A DNA stretch of 64,000 nucleotides from Entomortierella parvispora E1425 (Eukaryota; Fungi; Mortierellomycota): assembly GCA_020891255.1 (NCBI GenBank), contig BQFW01000012.1, positions 1,798,001 to 1,862,000 of the forward strand, written 5' to 3'. Both the position numbers and the translations under genes were made by a program. This document shows positions 37,360-48,321 of this stretch, in pieces. Below the pieces are notes generated by a model that did not search any database, was not told the origin of the DNA, and was given only the letters and a program-made list of their open reading frames with translations. Position 1 is the stretch's first letter. The number at the start of each line of letters is the position of its first letter.

Positions 37360-39234
37360 ATGTCTGACAAGCAAGAAGTTCATGTGTACGACAACAAACA
37401 AGACCCCGAGAAGGGCAGCGGCGGTTACAGTCTCGCCTCCACCCTGAGTGTCCCTGGGGACACCGCGGACGAGAAACTCCGAGCCTTGGGTGCCTTGAAC
37501 CCTCATTACGACCACGACTTGACGTGGACGGCCGCTGAAGAAAAAGAACTTGTTCGGATATTCGATCTCAAAGTCCTCTCTTGGATTGGTGTCATGTGTA
37601 CGTGTTGGACTATCTGCGGCAGACATGAAATAAGAAAGGACTCTATGCTAAACCAATACCTCTTCTTCAATACCATCACTTAGTCTTTTTCCTTCAGCTG
37701 GATCGCGGCAACATGTCGAATGCTCTGACGGATAACTTCATGCTGGATCTTAATGTTAACCTCAACACCATCAACATGGGCACCACTATCTTTGTGATTT
37801 TCTTTTGCTTCTTTGAGATCCCATCCAATATGATTATTCGTCGCCTGGGCCCTCACCGCTGGATTCCCTTCCTCATGGCCTGCTGGGGCATCTCTACCGC
37901 TGCCCAAATGTTCCTCAAGGACCGTGCTACCTTCTTCATCTGTCGTGCGCTCGTCGGCTTGTTCGAGGCCGGATACATTCCCGGTATTGCCATCTATCTG
38001 ACAACCTACTATAAGCGTGAGGAAATGGCTCTGAGACTCTCAATCTTTTGGTCTACACTCTCGATTGCCAATTCCTGTGCTGGTGTCCTGGCCTACTTTA
38101 TCTTGCAAATGCGAGGCATCGCTGGTTTGGCTGGCTGGAAATGGTTGTTCTTGATCGAAGGCGTGGCCACTTTTATTATCGGAGTCTTGTCCTTCTTTAT
38201 CCTGCCTGAGGGCCCTACGAACACGAAGGGCTACTTGCGTTTCCGAGGTTATCTGACTGAGCGTCAAGAACTCATTGCCGTCACCCGCTTGATCAAAGAC
38301 GATCCCAGCAAGGCAGATCCGACCAAGAAGGTCGTGTCAAAGACCGATGTCTGGAGGGCAGTGTCATCGCCCAAGGTGTGGCCCAACATCTTGATTGGAT
38401 TCTTTGGTTTGTTGCCCTCGACTCCCATCAGTGGATTCGCCCCTTTGATCTTGAAGATGTTGGGATTCAATGCTCTCAAGTCCAACCTGATGACTATTCC
38501 CGGGTACATGATGTCGCTCTTGGTCATGTCCGTCGTCAGTTATTCATCCGACAAGTACAACGAGCGTGCCTTCCACGGTTTCGGTAAGTAGTGATCGAAT
38601 ATCCTTAACCCATGAAAACACTCAATTGTTTGACTTCCAAGGCTGACTCGTTTTTCTTGATTTGACTTTAGTGGCAACCCTTTACTACGCTGTCAGTGTG
38701 GCCACTTTGGCCTTGTTGCCTTTGGATGCAAGCAAGTACAGTCTTTACGTCGCCCTGATCTTCACCATGGGCGGATCCACCTGCTGGCATCCTGTCAATG
38801 TAAGTCTACACTCTGCTACTTGTATAGAATGGCGACTTTTTCTCTTCCTCTCCTAATAACCTCTCTCGACATGAAAAAAAAAAAAAAAAAAAAAAAAAAA
38901 ACAGGCTGCTTGGATCGCTGGCAACACAGCTCCGGTAGGCAAGCGCACGATCGCGTTGGCCATGTACATTATGTCTGTCAACCTCACGGCCATTGCCGGT
39001 TCCAATGTCTTCAGGGCCGACGCTGCACCCCGTTTCATTAGTGGCATGTGGGTTCTCTTTGGAGCCTTGGTCATCACCATGTCCTTGTTCATCTTCCAGA
39101 GATTCTATCTTAAACACATCAACTCCAAGAGAGCAAAGATCACAAAAGATTGGACCCCAGAGGATTGGAAGCATTACGACGAGACTACAACCCATGTGGG
39201 AGACGATCGTTTGGACTTTGTCTATAGTTATTAA
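37360..39234 (+). CDS. MFS transporter, anion:cation symporter (DAL5/Tna1/Soa1-type) family
   Basis: Exons 37360-37597, 37684-38583, 38672-38799, 38905-39234. QLDRGNMSNA, FEIPSNMIIRRLGPHRWIP, RALVGLFEAGYIPG, YKREEMALR, WKWLFLIEG, NTAPVGKR. Confidence 0.93.
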
Positions 39235-39599
39235 GAAAGGACTCATCGTCTTTCACCTTCCACTTTTCTCCCTCATCTATCCTGTTCATTCGAACAGTGG
39301 AGTCATGTAAATACAATTTTTTCCCTATAAAGAACCAGCCATCTTCCCCTCATCCGCGGTGTGTTACATATCTTGTCGTCAGACGCAGTAAGGGCAGGTG
39401 AAAGTTCAATGCGAAAATCTGATTGATGTCTTTATTTTGTGAGTGGAGCGAGTCAAGGTGAGAGGAGAAGAATGGAGAGGAGAGGAGGATAGAGGGAGGG
39501 AAAGCAAAAACAAAATGAAGCGTGCAAGAAAATAAAAATGATATTTACATTTTGCAAAGGAAAACAAAAAAGAGAACCTCAGGAGGGTGCCTCTTTGAT

Positions 39600-41509
39600 T
39601 TACTGCAACTTCTTGGACTTCTCCTGGGCAGCGGCGGCCTTGGCAGCCTTGGCAGCCTTGGCGTTCTTTCTGTAGAAGTTGTAGAAAAGACCGAGCATGG
39701 TCCACATGTAGAACCAGAGGAGGGCGGTGATGAAGAAGGGGTATCCGGGACGTCCGAGGACCTTCATGGCATACATGTCCCAGGAAGACTGGATGGACAT
39801 CATGCAGAACTGGGTCATTTGCGAACGAGTAATGTAGAACTTGACGAAAGAAACCTGCTTGAATCCCAAGGCAGACAAGAAGTAGTATCCGTACATGATG
39901 ACGTGGATGAACGAGTTCAAGGCAGCAGAGAAGTAGGCTAGGAGTGGAAAGAAGCAATAGGTTAGCAAAAGAATGACTTTCCATTAACATCGTTAGATGA
40001 GAAGGCACTGTCCATCCTGCCGCTGTTTTTCTTTTTAACATACCTTCACCGTTGGGGGCAATGAAGGTGACCAACCACCAGATGGCAAAGATAGAGCTGT
40101 GATGGTAGACGTGCAAGAAAGAAATCTGGCGGTTGTTCTTCTTCACGACCATGATCATGGTATCCACGAACTCCATGATCTTGGAAAAGTAAAAGAGCCA
40201 AATCATCTTGGCCATCTAGAAAACGCCAGAAAAAGGACATGGTAAAAGGTCGAATTGGGTCAGTATACTATCTCAAGAGGGCATGGGTTCTCTTTGTTGA
40301 AAAGGACGCTTCCTTGCTCTTCATGAGCAATCAGCCCATCCCGCCCCTTGAAAATGACGAAAGGTGTCGAATGTTGCCACCGCAATAGACCCCAGGAGGT
40401 ACAAACAACAGTGTTTGTTCTCCCGTTTGTCATGAAAATTCCGAGCTGAAAATCTGATCCGTGGTTTTGGTTAGGGCCTTTGAGCTTTGGCCCCCCGTGT
40501 CGTAAAACACCGCATGCGCCTCCCTTTCCCCCCTTGGAGGTGTCGTTGCAGGAATTCAGGTGTCAACGGCCCATGAAGAAAACACAGAAAAAAAAAAATA
40601 TTGCCGTGGGCAGTGGCGCGCTGGAACGACTCTATTGGCCAGCGTCTGTTGTAGGACAGTCAGACCCCTGTCCCCTTAGTCGCTTTTTGTCCAGTCAGGC
40701 ACAGTTCCCGAATCGGCTTGTTCCTGATAGCAAAATGCAAGGAGGGTGTTGTCCCTCCCAGAGATCGGTAGACAATCACTCCTCCTGATAGAGTGAAGAA
40801 GTTCTTCAAAGCGAACGCTCAGTTTTCTTTCCTTGTCCTCGGTAGCTGAGTCCCTGCATTCCCGAACTGTCTTCCCCCACGAAAAAACAATAACAATTGT
40901 ATCCTCCGATACCATATATAAAACTCAAAAAGAACAGGCACCGAACCTGCTCAACAAACGTTCCCAGGTCTCCAGGGCGAGAGGTAGGACCGATTCAGAG
41001 CAAAAAGGAAAAACGAAAGGAGAAACAAAAAAAAAAAAAAGGCAAAAAGAAAATAAACTTACAGGGAAACCCTTGCTGGTGTGATCGGCCAAGTTCTCAA
41101 AGAGAGTGTAGTTGGACTGGTAAGCCTCAAAGAGGATGCCTCCGCACATGTAGGCACTGATCGAGACCAGGCAGAAGTTGTGGAAGAGCGAGAAGGTCTT
41201 GACCTCGAAGCGCTCAAAGTTCTTCATGATCTGCATGCCGACAAAGATGGTGATCAGGTAAGCGAGCACGATCAAGAGGACGTGGAAGGGGTTCATAAGA
41301 GGCAATTCCGCGACCAAGGGGGACTCGACTGCAACCATAAATCCACGGTAGTGGTGGACCAAGGTAGGGAAGTAGGTCTCCATCTGAGCAGCGAGGGCGT
41401 CCTCGAGGGGATCGACATAGGGAGCAGCCCGGACACCAAAGGCCCTGGCAAAGTCGATGAAGAGATCCTGTGGCATCTTGGATGGGAGGTACTGTGCGAT
41501 CGACTCCAT
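39600..41509 (-). CDS. GLELO: Delta-6 PUFA elongase (GLELO-type, ELO family)
   Basis: Exons 41509-41063, 40215-40044, 39937-39600. ELO motifs KIMEFVDT, FLHVYHH, HVIMYGYY, TRSQMTQF. N-terminus MESIAQYLPSKMPQDLF closely matches M. alpina GLELO as recalled. Confidence 0.93.
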
Positions 41510-42378
41510 TTCGAAACGAATGAGAAGAGGACAGGGGGGAGAAGGAATGAGGTGGAGGAGAGAGGGAGAAAGAGAAAAGAGAAAAAGACCAACAAGAAAA
41601 CAGAAAACCGAAGAGGTGCAGATTGCAGGTGCAGTGCAATTGACGACCAACATAACAACAATAATAACAGAGGCAGAAAGGTCTTGCTGAGCTGCCGCTC
41701 TGGGCCCCTCGGCGGTCTTCCAGGCCGAGGGATCTGTCGAGGGAGGAGCTCGCTCCCCCACGAAATCGAGCCCATTGGCAGAGTTGCATTTGTGCTGACT
41801 GTTGCGATATGTCCGCCAAGGTGGAAAGTCGCAAAAGTGACCGAGCGGGAAAGAAGGTTTTTCTTCCCTCCCTTCTCCTCTCCTTAGAAAAGCACAGGGC
41901 AAAAAAATGTTTGTACTGCTGTCGTGCATGCAGAAATACGACACTCGCTGCTCACATGGAGCAGGCAAAGAACCAGGTCCTCGGGTCCTTCCTTTGGACG
42001 GGAAGAGGGCAAAACGTGCTGGACTTTGGAGTGGAGTGACGAGCTGAAAAACATAAAAATCTGCGTGCACTGCCGACACATGCTGCAGCGTCTGACCGTT
42101 CGCTTTTGCCCCCTTGTTCCCGTCGGTGGCAAACACACCGCTCACACCCTCGCACACTTACACACGAATGCTCACCCCTTTCTCGAAAGATTGAGACGTA
42201 AATGATTTATGAATAACAAAAGAGACAACAATGTGAGAAAACAACAACGAACAAACAATGAACAGCAACTCGTTAAACTGGCGGGGGGGGGGGGGATAAA
42301 AAGATCCAACATTAACAGAGAAACGTATGCAGAGAATGAAAGACTGGACGAACGAGCGAAAGAGTGAGAACAACTCAC

Positions 42379-44636
42379 TCATGATTTTGTCGTTGCGGTG
42401 TATTCGCTTGTCCTGAATACATCCTTGTGTTTTTTGGATCGTGACGAGGATGCTTTCGAGTGAGTATCATCCGCAACAACGGGAATATGGGGCATCCACG
42501 TCAATGGTTTGGGCGCCGGTTCTTGTTTTGGCTCTTGTTTCGCAGCTCCGTTTGGGGTCGTCGTTCCGTTCGTGGCGGGTGCAACTGTCGTTGCAGGAGT
42601 TGACTTTGAAGACGGTGCAGTTTGTGGAAGGGCCTTTGTTTGGCTGTTCTCGCCCTCTGGATCAACAGTCGTGTCTGTCCCCACTTCTGCCTCCTCATCC
42701 GCATCAGTGTTCTTTTCCTCTTGAGACCGATCCTCGCCTGTCCGGCCCTTCTTACGCTTCTCATACCACTGATGTTTCCGTTCTTTGTTCTTGAGCGACC
42801 CCAATTCCTTGGACAGATTCGCCCTTTCAACTTCCACGCGGTTCAAATTCTCGCGCGCCTCCGCGGCCTCTGCCTCCCACGTCTTGGGCCGTGCAGCCTT
42901 GTTTTCATTGGACTCAATCTTCAGCAAAAGGTCTAGGATATGGTCGCGTTCCTTGTTCTTTTGGTTGTAATGCTCGTTCAGGGACGCGATGCGTCGGATC
43001 CGGATCGAGGCGGCGTTCGAAGCATTGGCTTCTCTCTTCATGATCAGTTGTTCCTTGCTGATCTTGGTCTCCTTCTTTGGTGTCATCTCGGGCAGCTTTG
43101 AGCGAGACCGACCACGCTTGTAATCATAGTCTTCCTCCAAGAGCTTCGCCTTTGCCTTGTTCCAGAGGTTTCCTTTATGTGACAACAGTGTGGGATCTTC
43201 CAATGCAAGTGTCTGAGCTGCACAATTGATGGCGTGTTCATATTTCGTCAGTTGTCGAGAAGAGTGCTTTCCATATACCAATGCCTGATGCAAGATCATT
43301 TCCCGAGTAGCAGGGTCCAAATGTGCTCCTCCAACTGCCTTTGGCGTGCTACTCCAAGAAGATGAAGAGTTAGAGTTGTACGAGCTTGGCTCTGGTAGAA
43401 CGGGTGACGACGATGGGTCTCCGACAGCGGTGGGGGGCGACTCTGTTGATCTTCTCCTCTTGATGCCATGCTTGTGTTCGTTTTGCTATTGTCCACACAG
43501 CGACAAATAAAAAAAAAAATAAAAAAAATAAAAAAAACACGTCCTGGATCAGCGTCTGGGCACAGACAAAAAAAAAGAGACCTAACCGAGATTACAAAAT
43601 CAAATATCTCAAGACCTACGCTGTTTGACAGAGTTCTTTGAACGGGCGGATGTTCCTGACTGAACAGTGGTACGGGCTGAGGATGGTAGTAGCCGGAAGG
43701 CACGCGTGCAACCCCTCCAGCATGTTGGTAGATGGCTCCACCTGACAAAACCTGTGATGGTGTTGGTAGAGTTGGTCCTCCTGGTTGACCTGACGAGCTG
43801 TTTCCTTGTGAAGATGACCAATGGCCCCCTATCCTGGATGATGGCTGACGGTGAAGATTTGAGGGCTGACCATTCTGCAGATGCGATTGACTGTATCGCC
43901 GAGTGGGTTGAGAGTTGGGCGCATTCTGGGAGGGGTGGGAGTTTTGCGACTGTTGCGAAGGCGGCTGCGACGAGAGTTGTGGGGGCAGCTGAGGCTGCGA
44001 CGGTTGTTGAAAGAACTGTGAGTGAGAGTAATGAAGCTTACTGTGTGGTTCCGCATGCATGAATGAACTCTGGGAATTGTCAAAGTGCATAGATCCCATC
44101 CGTGAACGCTCGCGTAGGTCGCGCACTCCCATCCGAAAGGTCGCGGCGTGGAAGGGCTTCATTGGGATAGCGTCCATGATACTCTTCAGCTCGTCGTCAT
44201 CAAAGTCGAGAATCAGGGGCATCGCGTCGTCTGCCGCTCCTGCTTCGTTGAACGACTGAAGATACTGGGACAGGTTGCAATTGTTCAGGAAGGCGGGCAG
44301 CGTGGGTATCTCTGAGAAGGGCACAAAGCTGCTGTTGTGCCTCCGGAGTGCCTCTGGTACATGAAGCTGTCTTGGTTCCGAGTGGCCATTTTGGTGTAGA
44401 TGCCCAGAGGCACCAGTATCGTACGCTGCAGGGGGTGCAACCATATAGGACCCACGACTAGGGCGAGACTCGTATGGTGGCGTCGGCGTGGGAGAGCGCG
44501 TGGGCGGTTGTTGCTCGTCGTTTGAGTCGAACTCGGGGTCAGAGGGGATAATGGGCGAGGTGATATCCTCGGCAGACTCTGAAGGGGCCTCTGCAGAGCC
44601 GGCGCCGTTGGCGAGGCTCCGGTGGTGTGACGACAT
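42379..44636 (-). CDS. NAB-like protein: SAM-like NCD1 region, Q/S/P-rich linker, NCD2-like region, coiled coil
   Basis: Exons 44636-43620 and 43485-42379, phase 0, in frame, about 707 aa. Basic NLS-like KRRR. The domain call rests on remembered NAB1/2 sequences (see findings). Confidence 0.75.
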
Positions 44637-45617
44637 TGTGCGCAGATGTCGGAGACGGTAGCTAGCAGGATGATCGAACTTGATTGCAGAGGAGAGGGAG
44701 AGAAAGAACAACAGTCGGTTCCTGATTGCACTGTTGCAGTCAAAGAGAGAAAGGGTGAAAGAGTGAGAATAAGACAAGGTCAAGCGAGGCCGAGAAAGTG
44801 ACCGCGAGGGGGATGGAAGGGCTGGCAGAAAGAGAAGAGATCACTGCAGGCAGCAGACAGGGCAAGCGGGCAGGCGGGAAGGTGGGCGAAGGAAAAAGAG
44901 AGGAGGAAGGGAAGGAAGGGAAGGGAAGGGAAGGGAAGGGGGACGGGGAGGGGATGGGCGCTCTCTGGCTCTCTGAATAATGGTGTCTGTTGCCCTTCTC
45001 TCCCTTCCTTTTTGGACGGATTGCGTCAAACGGGGTGTCCCTGTCGATTGGTGGCGGTGGCTTGCATTCTCCATTCCTCCATCGTCATCAACGGTTTGTA
45101 TGATCGAGAGCGATATTTTTTTCTTGAGTCCCTGTGTGTGTTTGTCTTTGCGTGGTTTGTCTGTTCGGTCTTCGACTATGGTCTATCCTTCATTGTCTAT
45201 GTCTGTCTATGCATCAACTTGACTATTCCGTGATGGTTCGTCCTTGGGACCATAGGATTTTCATTCTGCTGTGCTCTTTTGATTTGTAAGTCCTTTATCC
45301 GTCTGCCTGTCTTGAAATATCTGGCACCTCTTGTTATCGTTTTGCTATTCGGGGCAGAGGTGCCCTCTACACGTTCTTCAGACGACTCAAGAAGGGAAGA
45401 TGTGAGAGAGGATGATAAAAGGCTGTATCCTTGTTCGCGAAGGTTCCCACTCCATACCCGTCTTGTGCAGCACCCAAATCAACATGCTCAGTTTAAAATG
45501 CAGTCACGAAGTTTTCCGGGCGCGATCTTCGTCAGTCATCAAGGGCCAAGGCCCTGTTCATTCGTTTTCGCTACACCCACACGCACGTATATCCTACACA
45601 AGGACACTTTACTCAAG

Positions 45618-46800
45618 ATGAACATTCGCGAGGCTACTGTACGTCTATATCCCACGCGGACCTTCTTTGGAGGCGAGACCGTCGTACGATTCAGGAACAA
45701 ATGGATTTGAATTAGTTCCTCGGACTAACGGTTCATTGATCAACTTAGCTGGACGACATGATCCCCATGCAGAACTGCAATCTGCACAACCTGCCCGAGA
45801 ACTATCAGATGAAATACTGTAAGTGTCCAAAAACTTAATAGCGCGCTGTCCTGAAAAAAAAATGAAGGTATGCCTGGCTTTTTATACTGACTGCGTTTGT
45901 TTTTTTATTTTTGGACTGATAGACTTTTACCATGCATTGACCTGGCCACAACTGTCATACGTCGCAGAGGATGAGAAGGGCAGGATCATCGGATATGTCC
46001 TCGCAAAGCTGTAAGAATGGCTGTCAGGGGGTTAACTGAAAGAGAATCGCAATTGCTTTACCGGGTTGGCACTTTATTTTGAACAGTTCTTTCGGAGTGA
46101 TGGCGTGCCAAGTCAAACAGAAGGAGGAAGATCGCAGGTCACCACAACGGTCGGATACTAACTATTAGCTATTGCTTTCATGTTATTTTCTATTAGTGAG
46201 GAGGATCCAGCGGCAGAGCCTCATGGACATATCACCTCTTTGTCAGTAATGAGAACATACCGCCGTTTGGGAGTTGCCGAGAAGTTGATGACCCAGTCGC
46301 GTAAGTTTTTTTAGGGCGAGAATGTCACTCAATGGGTCTGAATATTTTTCAGGAAAGACAAGAAAGACAGGAAAGAATCAGGCAATTTGCCTGTCATGAC
46401 CCTTGATCTCCACATTTTTGCGGAACCTGCAGTATTAGAGAAAGAGTGGGAGATTGACGGAGATCTACATGGAATGTATCGACATTTTTTTAACAACCTC
46501 TCCCCTCCTCACTGCTCCTTCTCTGATTTAATTTCATTAGAAAACGCCATGCGTGATATCTTCAACTGCAAATATGTGTCGCTCCACGTTCGTAAGAGCA
46601 ACCGTGCTGCTCTTCAGCTGTACAGAGATACCCTCAAGTTTAGGTAAGGCAGCACCTATGCATTTGTAGCCTCTGGACTAGAACAAAATAGGAATCTGAT
46701 TGAATGTGTTTGTGTGTTATATAATAGTGTCCAGGATATCGAAAAGAAGTACTATGCCGACGGCGAGGATGCCTATGCCTGCCGCAAGACGCTTCAGTAG
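45618..46800 (+). CDS. NAA10: NatA catalytic subunit (Ard1/Naa10)
   Basis: Exons 45618-45638, 45749-45818, 45923-46010, 46197-46300, 46541-46643, 46728-46800. [58 protein letters not shown]. Confidence 0.97.
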
Positions 46801-46932
46801 TAGAAATCGCGTAATAAAAAATCCAGTGACGTGTCGAATTTCTTTCTTTCTTTCAGGCTCCTTTTTGCATCTTTGCACAGCTGTTCATCACCTTCCGCCG
46901 TATAGCATCAGGGACATCACCAGCCAGCCGCC

Positions 46933-48162
46933 ATGTTCTTCCTGGTACGACATCCGGTGACATGTGTTGCTTGACCGTCCGAACATGTCAACGCATTCAA
47001 TGAATGCGTCATGCTCATATCTACAGAGCTAATTGTTTATGACTTTGGCACTGATTATCGTTCATTGAAACTTCTTTCCCTCCCTCCCTTCTTGATGACT
47101 CTCTTTCACCTGGGCGTCGGAACTCCTTGGCTAACTGAATCGTTTCCTTACACGGACTTGGCCTATATGTCATAACCTTCTTTGGCGACTATCATATATC
47201 AACTACGAAACACGATCCAACTCGACCCAAACAACAAACAACAGCGCAACTTGTCACACACGATCAACCTTCACCCGTCCTACTATGGACCTCACATGAA
47301 GGAGTTCCTGTTGAGGAACCTGCATGGAGATGTGGAGGGTACCTGCTCTGGAAAGGTCGGATTCATCATTTGTGTGTTGACAGTAACGAACATTAGTCCA
47401 GGAAAGGTCTTGCCCGGCTCTGGTTTGGCCGAGTTTGTTGTCCAATACCAGGCCATTGTCTTCAAGCCTTACAAGGGAGAGGTTGTTGACGCCATCGTGA
47501 CCAGTGTGAACCAGGTATATAGAGACGGGGCTGTTCAGGGATAATAGAAGGCTGGAAGATCTATTTGGGTGTCGACAATCCCGGGAAGAAGTAAAAATTC
47601 GAGAAAACAAACGTTGAGATGGAGCATTCAAGTCGACTGACTCTTTTTTTTTTTTCGTCTTCGAAAACTAGATCGGATTCTTTGCCGATGTTGGACCCCT
47701 TCAAGTCTTTGTCGCTCAAAAGGTACAATTTGATCTGGACAACTCCCGTTTCATTGACCGAGAGATTGTGGATCGCTGGCCGCTTCTTGATTGCTTTAAT
47801 GACATGCCTAGTTAACTTTTTTTTGTCCTCCCTTTCATCGTTTGTAGTTGATGCCCAACGAATTCAAATTTGACTCGAACGGACCTTGCTACAGAGGAGA
47901 AGATCAGACCATTGAAAAGAATGGTCAAGTACGGCTCAAGATTGTGGGTTTGAAGCACCAAGCAACACAGATTGTATGTTTCCCTTTCTTTCTTATGCAA
48001 CAGGCCCCCTGTCATGCCCTGTCATGCGCCATGGAATGTTTCCCCAGTGGTCTAATGTCTTGCTAAAAAAACTAAAATGGTTGTATGCGCCTTTTCTCTC
48101 TCTCTCTCTGATAGAATGCGGTGGGAACGATAAAGGAGGATTACTTGGGCCAGATCCAATAA
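46933..48162 (+). CDS. RPB7: RNA polymerase II subunit Rpb7
   Basis: Exons 46933-46944 (MFFL), 47245-47514, 47672-47722, 47848-47973, 48115-48162. LHPSYYGPHM, VEGTCSGKVGFII, FKPYKGEVVDAIV, GFFADVGPLQVFV, GTIKEDYLG. Confidence 0.96.
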
Positions 48163-48321
48163 GCAGGACTGGAAGAAACAGGTGCACATCATCAAAGACA
48201 AAGACTGTAAATTGTACTTTTCTTATCATTCACACACACGTAGCTACCCCCATCCCCTTTGGTACATGTGCACTCTATTATTATATTTTCAAGTAAAGTG
48301 TGTGTTGTATGTTTTTTTTTA

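Noticed and set aside
46945-47244. Intronic box C/D snoRNA in RPB7 intron 1 (TGATGA...CTGA) and H/ACA snoRNAs in CBF5 introns
   Set aside because: The C-D spacing is only about 45 nt, with no terminal stem or recognisable rRNA guide. The CBF5 introns show no hairpin-H-hairpin-ACA layout by eye.
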